From assembly GCA_902789925.1 (NCBI GenBank), contig CADAPX010000001.1, positions 1-60,507 of the forward strand: a stretch of DNA of 60,507 nt, written 5' to 3'. Shown here in pieces: positions 19,955 to 28,385 of the stretch. Source of the stretch: Oscillospiraceae bacterium. GTDB taxonomy: Bacteria > Bacillota > Clostridia > Oscillospirales > Ruminococcaceae. The stretch's first letter is position 1. Each line of letters opens with the position of its first letter. The position numbers and the translations under genes were made by a program. Under the pieces are notes generated by a model, which was not told where the DNA came from, made no database searches, and saw only the letters and a program-made list of their open reading frames with translations.

Positions 19955-21061
19955 TTGGGCAGCATAAAAATTATGCATGATGATGACTATGCAGTAAATA
20001 TTAAGGTTATTGGTGTTGGCGGCGGGGGCGGAAACGCTGTTAATCGAATGGTTGATTCCGACATGAAATATGTCGATTTTATCGCTATAAACACTGACAA
20101 TCAAATCCTTTTGTCTTCAAGGGCCAGTCACAAAGTTTCAATTGGAGCTAAAACAACAAAGGGTGATGGCGCTGGGGGAAATCCAGAGGTTGGAGAAAGC
20201 GCTGCGGAAGAAAGCAGGGAGGAAATAGCGGCGTCTTTAAAAGGGGCTCAGATGTTGTTTATAACAGCGGGAATGGGCGGAGGAACTGGAACTGGCGCGG
20301 CTCCTGTTGTTGCTCAAATTGCCCGTGAGATGGGGATTTTGACAATTGGAGTCGTGACTAAGCCTTTTAATTTTGAGGGAGCTTTAAGAATGCGTCAAGC
20401 GGAGCAGGGGATTGCGCGTCTTAGGGCGTGTGTTGACTCTTTAGTTGTTGTTCCAAACGAGCGTTTAAAAATGCTTGATGACCGAAAGATAACTTTTGCT
20501 AATGCGTTCCAGGCCGCGGATGATGTTTTAAAACAGGGAGTAAAAAGCATTTCCGAGCTTATCAACACTTCAGGTTTTATCAATTTGGACTTTGCGGATG
20601 TTAGCGCCATAATGAAAGACGCCGGATATGCTCATATGGGAGTTTCGAGCGCTCAAGGGAAGGACAAGGCGATAATTGCTGCGGAAAGCGCCATATCAAG
20701 CCCGCTTCTTGAAACTTCGATTGATGGAGCTAAAGGCCTGATAATCAACATAACGGCGCCGCCAACCATTGAATTTGATGAAATAGATGCTGCAACCAGT
20801 CACATCAGCCAAAGCGTTGACCCTGAAGCAAACATTATATTTGGCGTTGCTTTTGATGAAAATTTAGAGGACGAGCTGAAAATCACGGTTATTGCAACAG
20901 GATTTGACACTGAATTTAAAGAAAAAATCAGAAAGACGACGGTTTCTGATGTTAATCCTGAAGAGCCTGATGAGACGGAGTCTGCTGGAGGATTTGATGA
21001 CGTGATTGATATGGACGATGATTTCACCAAAATATTGGATATTTTTAAGAATAAAGGCTAG
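19955..21061 (+). CDS. ftsZ: cell division GTPase FtsZ
   Basis: GVGGGGGNAVNRM and GMGGGTGTGAAPVVA tubulin-signature motifs, with an acidic C-terminal tail ending DILDIFKNKG. TTG start 7 nt after aggagga. Confidence 0.97.
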   Translation: MGSIKIMHDDDYAVNIKVIGVGGGGGNAVNRMVDSDMKYVDFIAINTDNQILLSSRASHKVSIGAKTTKGDGAGGNPEVGESAAEESREEIAASLKGAQMLFITAGMGGGTGTGAAPVVAQIAREMGILTIGVVTKPFNFEGALRMRQAEQGIARLRACVDSLVVVPNERLKMLDDRKITFANAFQAADDVLKQGVKSISELINTSGFINLDFADVSAIMKDAGYAHMGVSSAQGKDKAIIAAESAISSPLLETSIDGAKGLIINITAPPTIEFDEIDAATSHISQSVDPEANIIFGVAFDENLEDELKITVIATGFDTEFKEKIRKTTVSDVNPEEPDETESAGGFDDVIDMDDDFTKILDIFKNKG

Positions 21062-21197
21062 TCGCTTTAACATGCTGTATATATCTTAAAGATTAGAGTT
21101 TTAAAAAATGTTTTAGAGTATTTGTGATTATCTATAAAATTTTATTAACGCTTATTAAAAATATAGTCGGTATTGTTTGAAAGCGGGATGTTAATAT

Positions 21198-22022
21198 ATG
21201 TTAGAGAGTCAAAAATTTAAGACAGTTGTTTTTGGTGGATTTGATAGAGGGCATGTCGTTTCGTATATAACAAATATGGTTAGCAGATTTAATTCTGATG
21301 TTGATTTGCTAAAGAAAGACTATGAATCTCAAATTCAGCAGAAAGATTCAGAAATTTTAGAGTATGAAGCTAAATGCAAAATATTTTACAGTGAAGTTAA
21401 AAATTTAAGAGATGAAATGCTTCAAAGCAACAGGGAATATGAAGAAGAGATTTTAAAAAAAACTGAGTTAATTGATTTTAAAGACCAGGTTATATGCCAA
21501 ATGAACAAAAAGATTCAGGATTTAGAGCGCCAGCTGGATATCTTTAGAGAGGAAAATAAAAAAATCGAAAATAAGATTAAATATGCTGAAATGGTTGCAA
21601 AACAGCGGGTCAAAAAGATCATTCAAAAGGCAAAGTTAAAAGTTCAGCAGGAATATCGAGAAAATCTTGTTTTGGCCGAAAAGGAAGGCGTTTGTTTGCG
21701 TAAAAAAGCGAGAGAAGAGGCTTCTAAAATTTTGCAAAACGCGGCAAATCGCGCATATGAATTCACTGCTGGCTCAAAAAAAGAGGCAAAAAAAATGGTT
21801 GAAATTTCTCAAAAAAAGGTTGATGAAATCGTTTGCGCGGCGAGACTTGCTGTTGAAAACATGTTAAAAAATGGCGCTCGAGCGGTTGTTGATGATGCTG
21901 GTGTGGGCGATTTGGAAAAGATTAGTGTTGACTTTGACGTTGATTTTTTGAAAAATAAGATAAATGAAGAGGTTGAGGCTGCGCTGAGACAGCTAAACAA
22001 AGAGTGCGCGGAGAAATGTTAA
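21198..22022 (+). CDS. DivIVA-domain-like coiled-coil protein (putative division/septum protein)
   Basis: The N-terminal FKTVVFGGFDRGHVVSYITNM resembles the DivIVA F..x.RGY..eV..fl motif. The rest is heptad-rich Lys/Glu coiled coil. Sits directly after ftsZ. Confidence 0.45.
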   Translation: MLESQKFKTVVFGGFDRGHVVSYITNMVSRFNSDVDLLKKDYESQIQQKDSEILEYEAKCKIFYSEVKNLRDEMLQSNREYEEEILKKTELIDFKDQVICQMNKKIQDLERQLDIFREENKKIENKIKYAEMVAKQRVKKIIQKAKLKVQQEYRENLVLAEKEGVCLRKKAREEASKILQNAANRAYEFTAGSKKEAKKMVEISQKKVDEIVCAARLAVENMLKNGARAVVDDAGVGDLEKISVDFDVDFLKNKINEEVEAALRQLNKECAEKC

Positions 22023-22193
22023 GCTTCCTCATAGATGGTTTGATTTTTTGAAAGGATATAATAATTTTAAATATAGTCTAAAATTAAATGTGTATATCAA
22101 ATATATTTTCAGAGCGTGGTGGTGTGTTTTTGCTTGATTGGGCGAGATTATTTAGATGGAAGAGTTTTTGAGTCGGATTTTTTGGAAAGTTTG

Positions 22194-23045
22194 ATGGAAA
22201 AAGCGCCTAAATTATCAAAGAGCCAGAAGAAAATATTTGACTTTTTGATAAATAACTATGATAAATCTGCTTTTATGACAGCGGCCAGGCTTGGAGAAGC
22301 AGCTGGGGTCAGCGAGTCAACTGTTGTTAGATTTGCGGTTGAAATCGGATTTAGTGGATATCCAGCTTTTCAAAAAGCGCTTAAAAAGATAATTCAAAAT
22401 AAGTTAACAACTGTTGAAAGAGTCCGTGTTGCAGATGATCAAATTGGCGCCCAGGAGGACGTTTTGTCTAGAGTTTTGAATCTAGATATGGAGAAAATCA
22501 AGACAACGCTTGATCGGGTTTCGCGCAAAGATTTTGAAAATGCCGTCAGATTTATAGTTGATGCGAGAAAGATATATATCATCGGAACGGGAAGCGCCTC
22601 GGTTTTGGCAAGTTTTGTTAATTTTTATTTTTCGTTTATATTTGAAGATGTTAGAGTTATATATACTAAAAGCAAAAGCGAAACGTTTGAAAAAATATTA
22701 AACATTAAAGAAGGGGACGTCTTAATTGGGATCAGTTTTCCTCGTTATTCCAGCAACACAGTTCAGGCGTTTCATTACGCGCACAGCAACTATGCTAAAA
22801 CCATTGCAATTACGGATAGCGTCGGCTCACCGCTTGCAGTCAAAGCGGATTCGGTTCTTCTGGCTCAGAGCGACATGGTTTCTTTTGTTGATGGCTTGGT
22901 TGCGCCTTTGTCGCTTCTTAACGCGCTGGTTGTTGCGGTTGGACTTTGCAAAAAATCTGAAATATCTAAAACCTTTCAAAAATTAGAGAATATATGGAAA
23001 AAATATGAGGTTTTTGAAAAATCGAAAACAAAAAGGGAAAATTGA
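22194..23045 (+). CDS. MurR/RpiR-family transcriptional regulator (HTH_6 + SIS)
   Basis: N-terminal HTH (AARLGEAAGVSESTVVRFA) and a SIS domain (IYIIGTGSASVLA). Start is placed at the Met of MEKAPKLSKSQ; the upstream ORF extension has no homology pattern. Confidence 0.8.
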   Translation: MEKAPKLSKSQKKIFDFLINNYDKSAFMTAARLGEAAGVSESTVVRFAVEIGFSGYPAFQKALKKIIQNKLTTVERVRVADDQIGAQEDVLSRVLNLDMEKIKTTLDRVSRKDFENAVRFIVDARKIYIIGTGSASVLASFVNFYFSFIFEDVRVIYTKSKSETFEKILNIKEGDVLIGISFPRYSSNTVQAFHYAHSNYAKTIAITDSVGSPLAVKADSVLLAQSDMVSFVDGLVAPLSLLNALVVAVGLCKKSEISKTFQKLENIWKKYEVFEKSKTKREN

Positions 23046-24287
23046 ATGACAGATGTTGTTGTTATTGGCGGCGGAGCTTCAGGGCTTTTGGCTGCTGGTT
23101 TGCTTGCAAATTTTGGGCTTGAGGTTGTTTTGCTTGAAAAAAACAAAGAGCTTGGTAAAAAGCTTTCAATAACGGGAAAGGGCAGGTGTAATTTAACTAA
23201 CAAATGCGGGATTGGCGAAGTTGTTAAAAATTTGATTGTTAATGGAAATTTTTTGTATGGGGCGCTGGCTCGGTTTGGTCCGGATGATGTTTTCTCATTT
23301 TTTGAAAATTTGGGCGTTAAATTAAAGGTTGAGCGCGGGATGAGGGTTTTTCCTGCTTCGGATCGGGCGTCGGAAATTGTTGAAGCGCTTGTTGGCTTTT
23401 GCAAAAAATATGGCGTTAAAATTTTGAACAAGTCCGCTTTTGATGTTATATATAATGAAGAAAGGGCTTTGGGAGTTGAGCTTAGTGATGGAAAAATTTT
23501 TTGCGAAAACGTTGTTGTTGCAACGGGCGGTTTGTCATATCCACAGACTGGATCAACTGGTGATGGATATGTTTGGGCTAAAAAAGCAGGCCATAAAATA
23601 TCCAAAATATCACCTTCCCTTGTTCCGATAGTGACCCGTCAAAAATGGCCAACCAGGGCGCAGGGGCTGTCTTTAAAAAACGTTAGGTTGACTGTTTTTG
23701 AGGAGGACATTCCGATTTTTTCTGACCAAGGCGAGCTTTTATTTACGCATTTTGGAGTTTCAGGGCCGCTTGTTTTGAGCGCTTCGTCCCATATGCGAAA
23801 GATTGAGGCCAAAAAATATAAACTGGTTTTAGATTTAAAGCCTGCGCTTGATTTTGATAAGCTTGATCGAAGAATTGTTAGGGAAATTTCTGACTTTCCC
23901 AATTGTGATGTGATAAATATATTGAAAAAACTCCTTCCAGGCAAACTGGTTTGGATAATTTTTGACATGATGGGATTAAAGCGCGGTTTTAAGGCTAATC
24001 AGTTTAGCAAAAATCACAGGCAAAAATTAGTGATTCTTTTGAAAAAATTGGAAATTGACGTTAAATCCTTTAGGTCAATAGAGTATGCTATAATAACTTC
24101 GGGCGGAGTTGATGTTAGCCAAATAAATCCGAAAACCATGGAAAGCAAATTGAAAAAAGGGCTGTATTTTATTGGGGAAGTTTTGGATGTTGATGGATAT
24201 ACCGGTGGGTTTAATTTGCAGGTTGCTTGGTCAACTGCCGCGGCTGCTGCGGCTGCGATTTCGATGAAAAGGGGATTTTTAACATGA
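23046..24287 (+). CDS. NAD(P)/FAD-dependent oxidoreductase, HI0933/BaiN-like flavoprotein
   Basis: VVVIGGGASGLLAA dinucleotide fold, TGKGRCNLTN, and C-terminal GEVLDVDGYTGGFNLQVAWSTA. Confidence 0.85.
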   Translation: MTDVVVIGGGASGLLAAGLLANFGLEVVLLEKNKELGKKLSITGKGRCNLTNKCGIGEVVKNLIVNGNFLYGALARFGPDDVFSFFENLGVKLKVERGMRVFPASDRASEIVEALVGFCKKYGVKILNKSAFDVIYNEERALGVELSDGKIFCENVVVATGGLSYPQTGSTGDGYVWAKKAGHKISKISPSLVPIVTRQKWPTRAQGLSLKNVRLTVFEEDIPIFSDQGELLFTHFGVSGPLVLSASSHMRKIEAKKYKLVLDLKPALDFDKLDRRIVREISDFPNCDVINILKKLLPGKLVWIIFDMMGLKRGFKANQFSKNHRQKLVILLKKLEIDVKSFRSIEYAIITSGGVDVSQINPKTMESKLKKGLYFIGEVLDVDGYTGGFNLQVAWSTAAAAAAAISMKRGFLT

Positions 24288-24961
24288 ACAACATAGCTAT
24301 AGACGGGCCCGCAGGCGCTGGAAAAAGCTCAATTGCTCGAGAAATTTCCAGGAGGCTTGGCATAATATATTTAGATACAGGCGCATTATATCGAGCTGTC
24401 GGGCTTTATATGATAAAAAACGATATTGATTTAAAAAAAATCGACAGGGTTGTTTTAGCGCTTAAAAATTGTGAAATATCCATTCGATATGTCGAAAAAA
24501 GCCAAAAAGTTTTTCTTTGCGGGGAAGATATAAGCGATTTTATAAGGAGCGATCAGGTTTCTATGGCGGCTTCTGATGTTTCTGCGATATGTCAAGTCAG
24601 AGAATATCTGCTGGATTTGCAAAGGGATATCGCCAGAAATCACGATGTTGTTATGGATGGAAGAGACATCGGAACGGTGGTTTTGCCAGACGCAAATGTG
24701 AAAATATTTTTGACAGCTTCAATAAATTCCAGGGCCAAGCGCAGGTTTAATGAATTGCTTGAAATGGGGCAGGATGCTAAATTTGAAGACGTTTTGAAAT
24801 ATATAAAACAGCGTGATTTACAAGACACAAACAGAAAATTTGCGCCGCTAAAGATGGCTGATGACGCCATTTTAGTTGACACAACCAATCTGTCTTTGGA
24901 AGAATCTGTCGAAAATGTTTTGAAAATTATAAAAAAAAATGGAGTTGAAAAAAATAAATGA
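24284..24961 (+). CDS. cmk: cytidylate kinase
   Basis: IAIDGPAGAGKSS P-loop and MDGRDIGTVV. The ATG at 24284 overlaps the upstream stop (ATGA). Confidence 0.95.
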   Translation: MNNIAIDGPAGAGKSSIAREISRRLGIIYLDTGALYRAVGLYMIKNDIDLKKIDRVVLALKNCEISIRYVEKSQKVFLCGEDISDFIRSDQVSMAASDVSAICQVREYLLDLQRDIARNHDVVMDGRDIGTVVLPDANVKIFLTASINSRAKRRFNELLEMGQDAKFEDVLKYIKQRDLQDTNRKFAPLKMADDAILVDTTNLSLEESVENVLKIIKKNGVEKNK

Positions 24962-25578
24962 GTTTTTATGGCTTTGCGCAAAAAGTCTGTATATTTTTCT
25001 TTAAATTATATTTTAAAATAAATGTTAAAGGGATTGAAAATATTCCGTCTGGCGGAGGAAAATTCATATTAATCTCAAATCATCAATCAAATTTAGATCC
25101 TGTTATGCTGGGGTTATATCTTAAAAATAGACGATTATTTTTTATGGCAAAACAAGAATTGTTTAAAATACCTATTTTATCCTTTATTATAAAAAAATTA
25201 GGCGCATTTCCTGTTAAAAGAGGCAGCAGGGATTCAAGCGCGATCAAGATGGCTAAAGATCTTGTGAATTGTGGCAAAATGCTGGCAATGTTTCCGGAAG
25301 GGACCAGGTCTAAAGATGGAAAACTTTCAAAGCCTAAAGTTGGATTTGCAAAGATCGCATTGGAAACTGGCGCAAAAATCATTCCCTGCTCAATTTTTTA
25401 CTGTGGCAAACGTCCAAGAAGCAGGGTTTTTGTTGAATATGGCCCTCCCATCGGCGTTTCGGAGGATGAAATTTCCAGTAAAATTGATTTGCGATCAAAA
25501 TCTCTAAAAACAGTTCTTGAAAAGGCTTGGGGAGAGGTTGCTAGAATCAACGATCTGCAGCGAGGAAGAGAAAAATGA
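24958..25578 (+). CDS. plsC: 1-acyl-sn-glycerol-3-phosphate acyltransferase
   Basis: NHQSNLDP (HX4D) and FPEGTRS acyltransferase motifs. ATGA overlap with cmk. Confidence 0.9.
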   Translation: MSFYGFAQKVCIFFFKLYFKINVKGIENIPSGGGKFILISNHQSNLDPVMLGLYLKNRRLFFMAKQELFKIPILSFIIKKLGAFPVKRGSRDSSAIKMAKDLVNCGKMLAMFPEGTRSKDGKLSKPKVGFAKIALETGAKIIPCSIFYCGKRPRSRVFVEYGPPIGVSEDEISSKIDLRSKSLKTVLEKAWGEVARINDLQRGREK

Positions 25579-27614
25579 TTGAAATTGCTAAAACGGCGGG
25601 GTTTTGCTTTGGCGTTGATCGAGGGGTTAAGATGGTTTATGCTCTTTTAAACAAAGGCCAAAAGGTCTGCACATTGGGCCCTATCATACACAATCCGCAG
25701 GTTGTTGAAGATTTAGCGCAAAGAGGGGTGAGAACAGTCAAATCTGCGTCGGAAGTTGGGAAGGATGAAACTCTAGTCATAAGATCACACGGAGTGAAGC
25801 GTGATATATATGAATATATTGATAAAAACAAGATTAAATTCGAAGATGCGACCTGTCCGTTTGTTAAAAGAATTCATAAAATTGTAAAAAAAGAGTCTGA
25901 AAATGGAAAAATAATTTTAATAGCAGGCGACTCTTCCCACCCCGAAGTTGTTGGAATCAGAGGCCATTGTTTTGGAAGATCATATGTTTTTTCAACGCCA
26001 TCCGATTTAAGGAAATTATTAGAAATTTATGGGAATTTTGTGGATAATGCACTAATTTTAGTCTCTCAAACCACGTTTAATTTGGCATTATGGAGAAAAT
26101 GTATAGAAATTGTTAAAAAGCTATGTACAAATGTTAAAATATTTGATACAATATGTAATGCGACGAGTATCAGACAAAGGGAAGCGATGTCTTTGGCTGA
26201 TAGAGTTGATTTGTTGGTTGTGGTCGGCGGTAAGTGTAGTTCAAATACAAAAAAATTGTTTAATTTGTGCAAAACTCGCTGCAAAACTTTTTGGGTTGAA
26301 ACGGCAGATGAGCTTCGCGGGTTTGATTTGGATCCTTTGCCGCCAAAAATAGGTATAACGGCTGGTGCGTCAACTCCAGCTCAAATAATAAAGGAGGTTC
26401 ATGAAGTCATGAGCGAGAAATTAAACGAGGAATTAAAGAATGTGGAGTGTCCTGATAATTCAAGCGAAGAAAATTTTGCTGAAATGTTGGAGCAATCCGG
26501 TCAGCAAGCCGTTTATGGCGTTGGCAAAAAGGTCCGAGGCGTTGTGACTGCGGTTTTAAAAAATGAAGTTCAGGTTGACATTGGCGGCAAACAGGCCGGA
26601 GTTATTCCAGCATCTGAACTTTCTGTTGACAGCTCGTTAAAAGCTGAAGATGTTTTGCAAAAAGATGACGAAGTCGATTTAATAGTCACAAAAAACAGCG
26701 ATCAAGACGGGATAGTGACGCTGTCTAAAAAACGCTATGATGCTTCAAAAGGTTATGAAATGCTTTTGGAAGCTATGGAGCAGGACAAGACCTTAAACGG
26801 AGTGATAACCGATGTTGTCAGGGGCGGGGTTTTGGCGATAACTTGTGGAGTTAAGATTTTTATACCTATTTCCCAGCTGTCAGACAGAAGAGTTGAAAAT
26901 GCAAACGATTTTATAGGAAAAGCTGTCGACTTTAAAGTGCTTGACGTTAATGTGAGCAAATGTCGAGCTGTTGGATCTGTTCGCAAACTTATATATGAAT
27001 TGAGGCAAGTTGAGGCTGAAAAGCTTTGGAAAGAGATCAGCGTTGGAGATGTTCGAACTGGGGTTGTTAAATCCATGACGGGCTATGGAGTTTTTGTTGA
27101 TTTGGGCGGAGTTGACGGAATGGTCCACATCAGCGAGCTCGCTTGGAACAGGATTAAACATCCTTCTGAAGTTGTTAGCGTTGGGGACAAAATTGAAGTT
27201 GTTGTTAAATCTTTGGACAAAGACAGCGGCAAGATCTCTCTTTCATATCGCAAAGAAGCCGATAATCCTTGGAACGTTTTTGTCAAAAATTATTCAGTTG
27301 GCCAGGTTGTTGAAGCCAAGATATATTCAATTAAGTCGTTTGGTGTTTTTGTTGAGATAATCCCTGGTATTGACGGGTTGATTCATATATCCCAACTTTC
27401 CAACAGACACATAGGATCGATATCGGATTCTTTCTCTGTTGGCCAGGTTGTTAGGGCGAAGATATGGGAAATAGACTATGATTCAAAGCGCGTTAGTTTG
27501 TCCGTCAGGGCTTTGATGGAAACTGAGGCGAGAAAAGAAGAAGATGAAAACCTGAGAGCTGTCGAAAAAATTGAGGGCGTTGAAGTGAGTAATGGTGGCG
27601 TAGTTGTCAGGTAG
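25575..27614 (+). CDS. ispH: bifunctional 4-hydroxy-3-methylbut-2-enyl diphosphate reductase / ribosomal protein S1-like
   Basis: The N-terminal about 280 aa are IspH/LytB (AKTAGFCFGVDRGV, ITAGASTPAQ). They are followed by four S1 OB-fold repeats (for example GVVKSMTGYGVFVDLGGVDGMVHISEL). Confidence 0.9.
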   Translation: MIEIAKTAGFCFGVDRGVKMVYALLNKGQKVCTLGPIIHNPQVVEDLAQRGVRTVKSASEVGKDETLVIRSHGVKRDIYEYIDKNKIKFEDATCPFVKRIHKIVKKESENGKIILIAGDSSHPEVVGIRGHCFGRSYVFSTPSDLRKLLEIYGNFVDNALILVSQTTFNLALWRKCIEIVKKLCTNVKIFDTICNATSIRQREAMSLADRVDLLVVVGGKCSSNTKKLFNLCKTRCKTFWVETADELRGFDLDPLPPKIGITAGASTPAQIIKEVHEVMSEKLNEELKNVECPDNSSEENFAEMLEQSGQQAVYGVGKKVRGVVTAVLKNEVQVDIGGKQAGVIPASELSVDSSLKAEDVLQKDDEVDLIVTKNSDQDGIVTLSKKRYDASKGYEMLLEAMEQDKTLNGVITDVVRGGVLAITCGVKIFIPISQLSDRRVENANDFIGKAVDFKVLDVNVSKCRAVGSVRKLIYELRQVEAEKLWKEISVGDVRTGVVKSMTGYGVFVDLGGVDGMVHISELAWNRIKHPSEVVSVGDKIEVVVKSLDKDSGKISLSYRKEADNPWNVFVKNYSVGQVVEAKIYSIKSFGVFVEIIPGIDGLIHISQLSNRHIGSISDSFSVGQVVRAKIWEIDYDSKRVSLSVRALMETEARKEEDENLRAVEKIEGVEVSNGGVVVR

Positions 27615-27644
27615 AGGGATTTTGTGCGTTCGATTTATGTTTTT

Positions 27645-27689
27645 GCCATTTTGCTCATTAAATTTTTGGGCAAAATGGTGATTTGTTTT
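27645..27689 (+). terminator. intrinsic terminator after ispH-S1
   Basis: gccattttgc (27645-27654) pairs with gcaaaatggt (27670-27679) and is followed by a T-rich tract. Confidence 0.6.
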
Positions 27690-27706
27690 AAAGAAAAAGG
27701 GAGTTT

Positions 27707-28258
27707 TTGATTTTGAGGATTGCTAAATTATTTCGAGATTCTGCTTGCGAGCTAAAGAGTGTTAAAAATTTGTGTGTTATTTCTTTGCTCTTGGCTTTAA
27801 GGGTTTGTTTGGATTTTTTAACCCTTCCTTTGTCGGTCTTGTGTTATATTTCGTTTGTTTTTATTGTTGCGGGAATAACGGGAGGGATGTTTGGCCCGTT
27901 TGTTGCGGCTTTGTTTGGAGCAATTGGCGACATTTTGTCATATATTGTCCACCCGATGGGCTGTTTCTTTTTAGGTTTCACACTCAGTGCTATGGTTGCT
28001 GGGCTGCTTTATGGCTTAATTTTATATAAAAATAGATTTAGCGTTTTAAGAATAGTTTTGGCAGAAGTTATTGTTGACATAGTTGTCAATGTTTTTATGA
28101 ACACATTTTGGATCAGCATTCTTCATGGAATTGGCTTTTTTGAGCTTTTGATTTCTGTGCGCATACCTAAAAATTTGATAACAATTCCAATAAATGTTGG
28201 CATTTTTATCATGTTTTCTCCGCTTTTAAACAAGCTTTTAAAGCAAATGGCTGTGTGA
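27707..28258 (+). CDS. ECF transporter S component (folate-family-like)
   Basis: Membrane protein of 183 aa. ITGGMFGPFVAALFGAIGDILSY and FFLGFTLSAMVAGLLYG resemble FolT-family S components. Confidence 0.55.
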   Translation: MILRIAKLFRDSACELKSVKNLCVISLLLALRVCLDFLTLPLSVLCYISFVFIVAGITGGMFGPFVAALFGAIGDILSYIVHPMGCFFLGFTLSAMVAGLLYGLILYKNRFSVLRIVLAEVIVDIVVNVFMNTFWISILHGIGFFELLISVRIPKNLITIPINVGIFIMFSPLLNKLLKQMAV

Positions 28259-28385
28259 TCCTGGCTTTTTTAAGAGTTCTTGGTTTGTTGGGCTATTTTT
28301 TCATAACATCATCTGGAATTTCATATAGATTTAATATTATTATCCATGAGTTGATATTTTAGCCCTAAACAATGGAGGAATTGCT

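Noticed and set aside
22976-23605. Long antisense ORFs (22976-23605 of 209 aa, 30143-30880 of 245 aa, 9492-10052 of 186 aa, 56997-57464 of 155 aa, 32185-32616 of 143 aa, 13707-14117 of 136 aa, and similar).
   Set aside because: Each lies entirely opposite a gene with unmistakable motifs (flavoprotein, P-type ATPase, PBP, trpB, secA, murF/mraY). They have low-complexity Ser/Leu/Lys-rich translations, no SD and no recognisable domain. They are shadow ORFs.
27615-27706. Possible THF riboswitch upstream of the folate-family ECF S-component gene.
   Set aside because: No THF-riboswitch core motifs are visible. The only strong structure (27645-27679) is followed by a T-tract and is best read as the terminator of ispH-S1.
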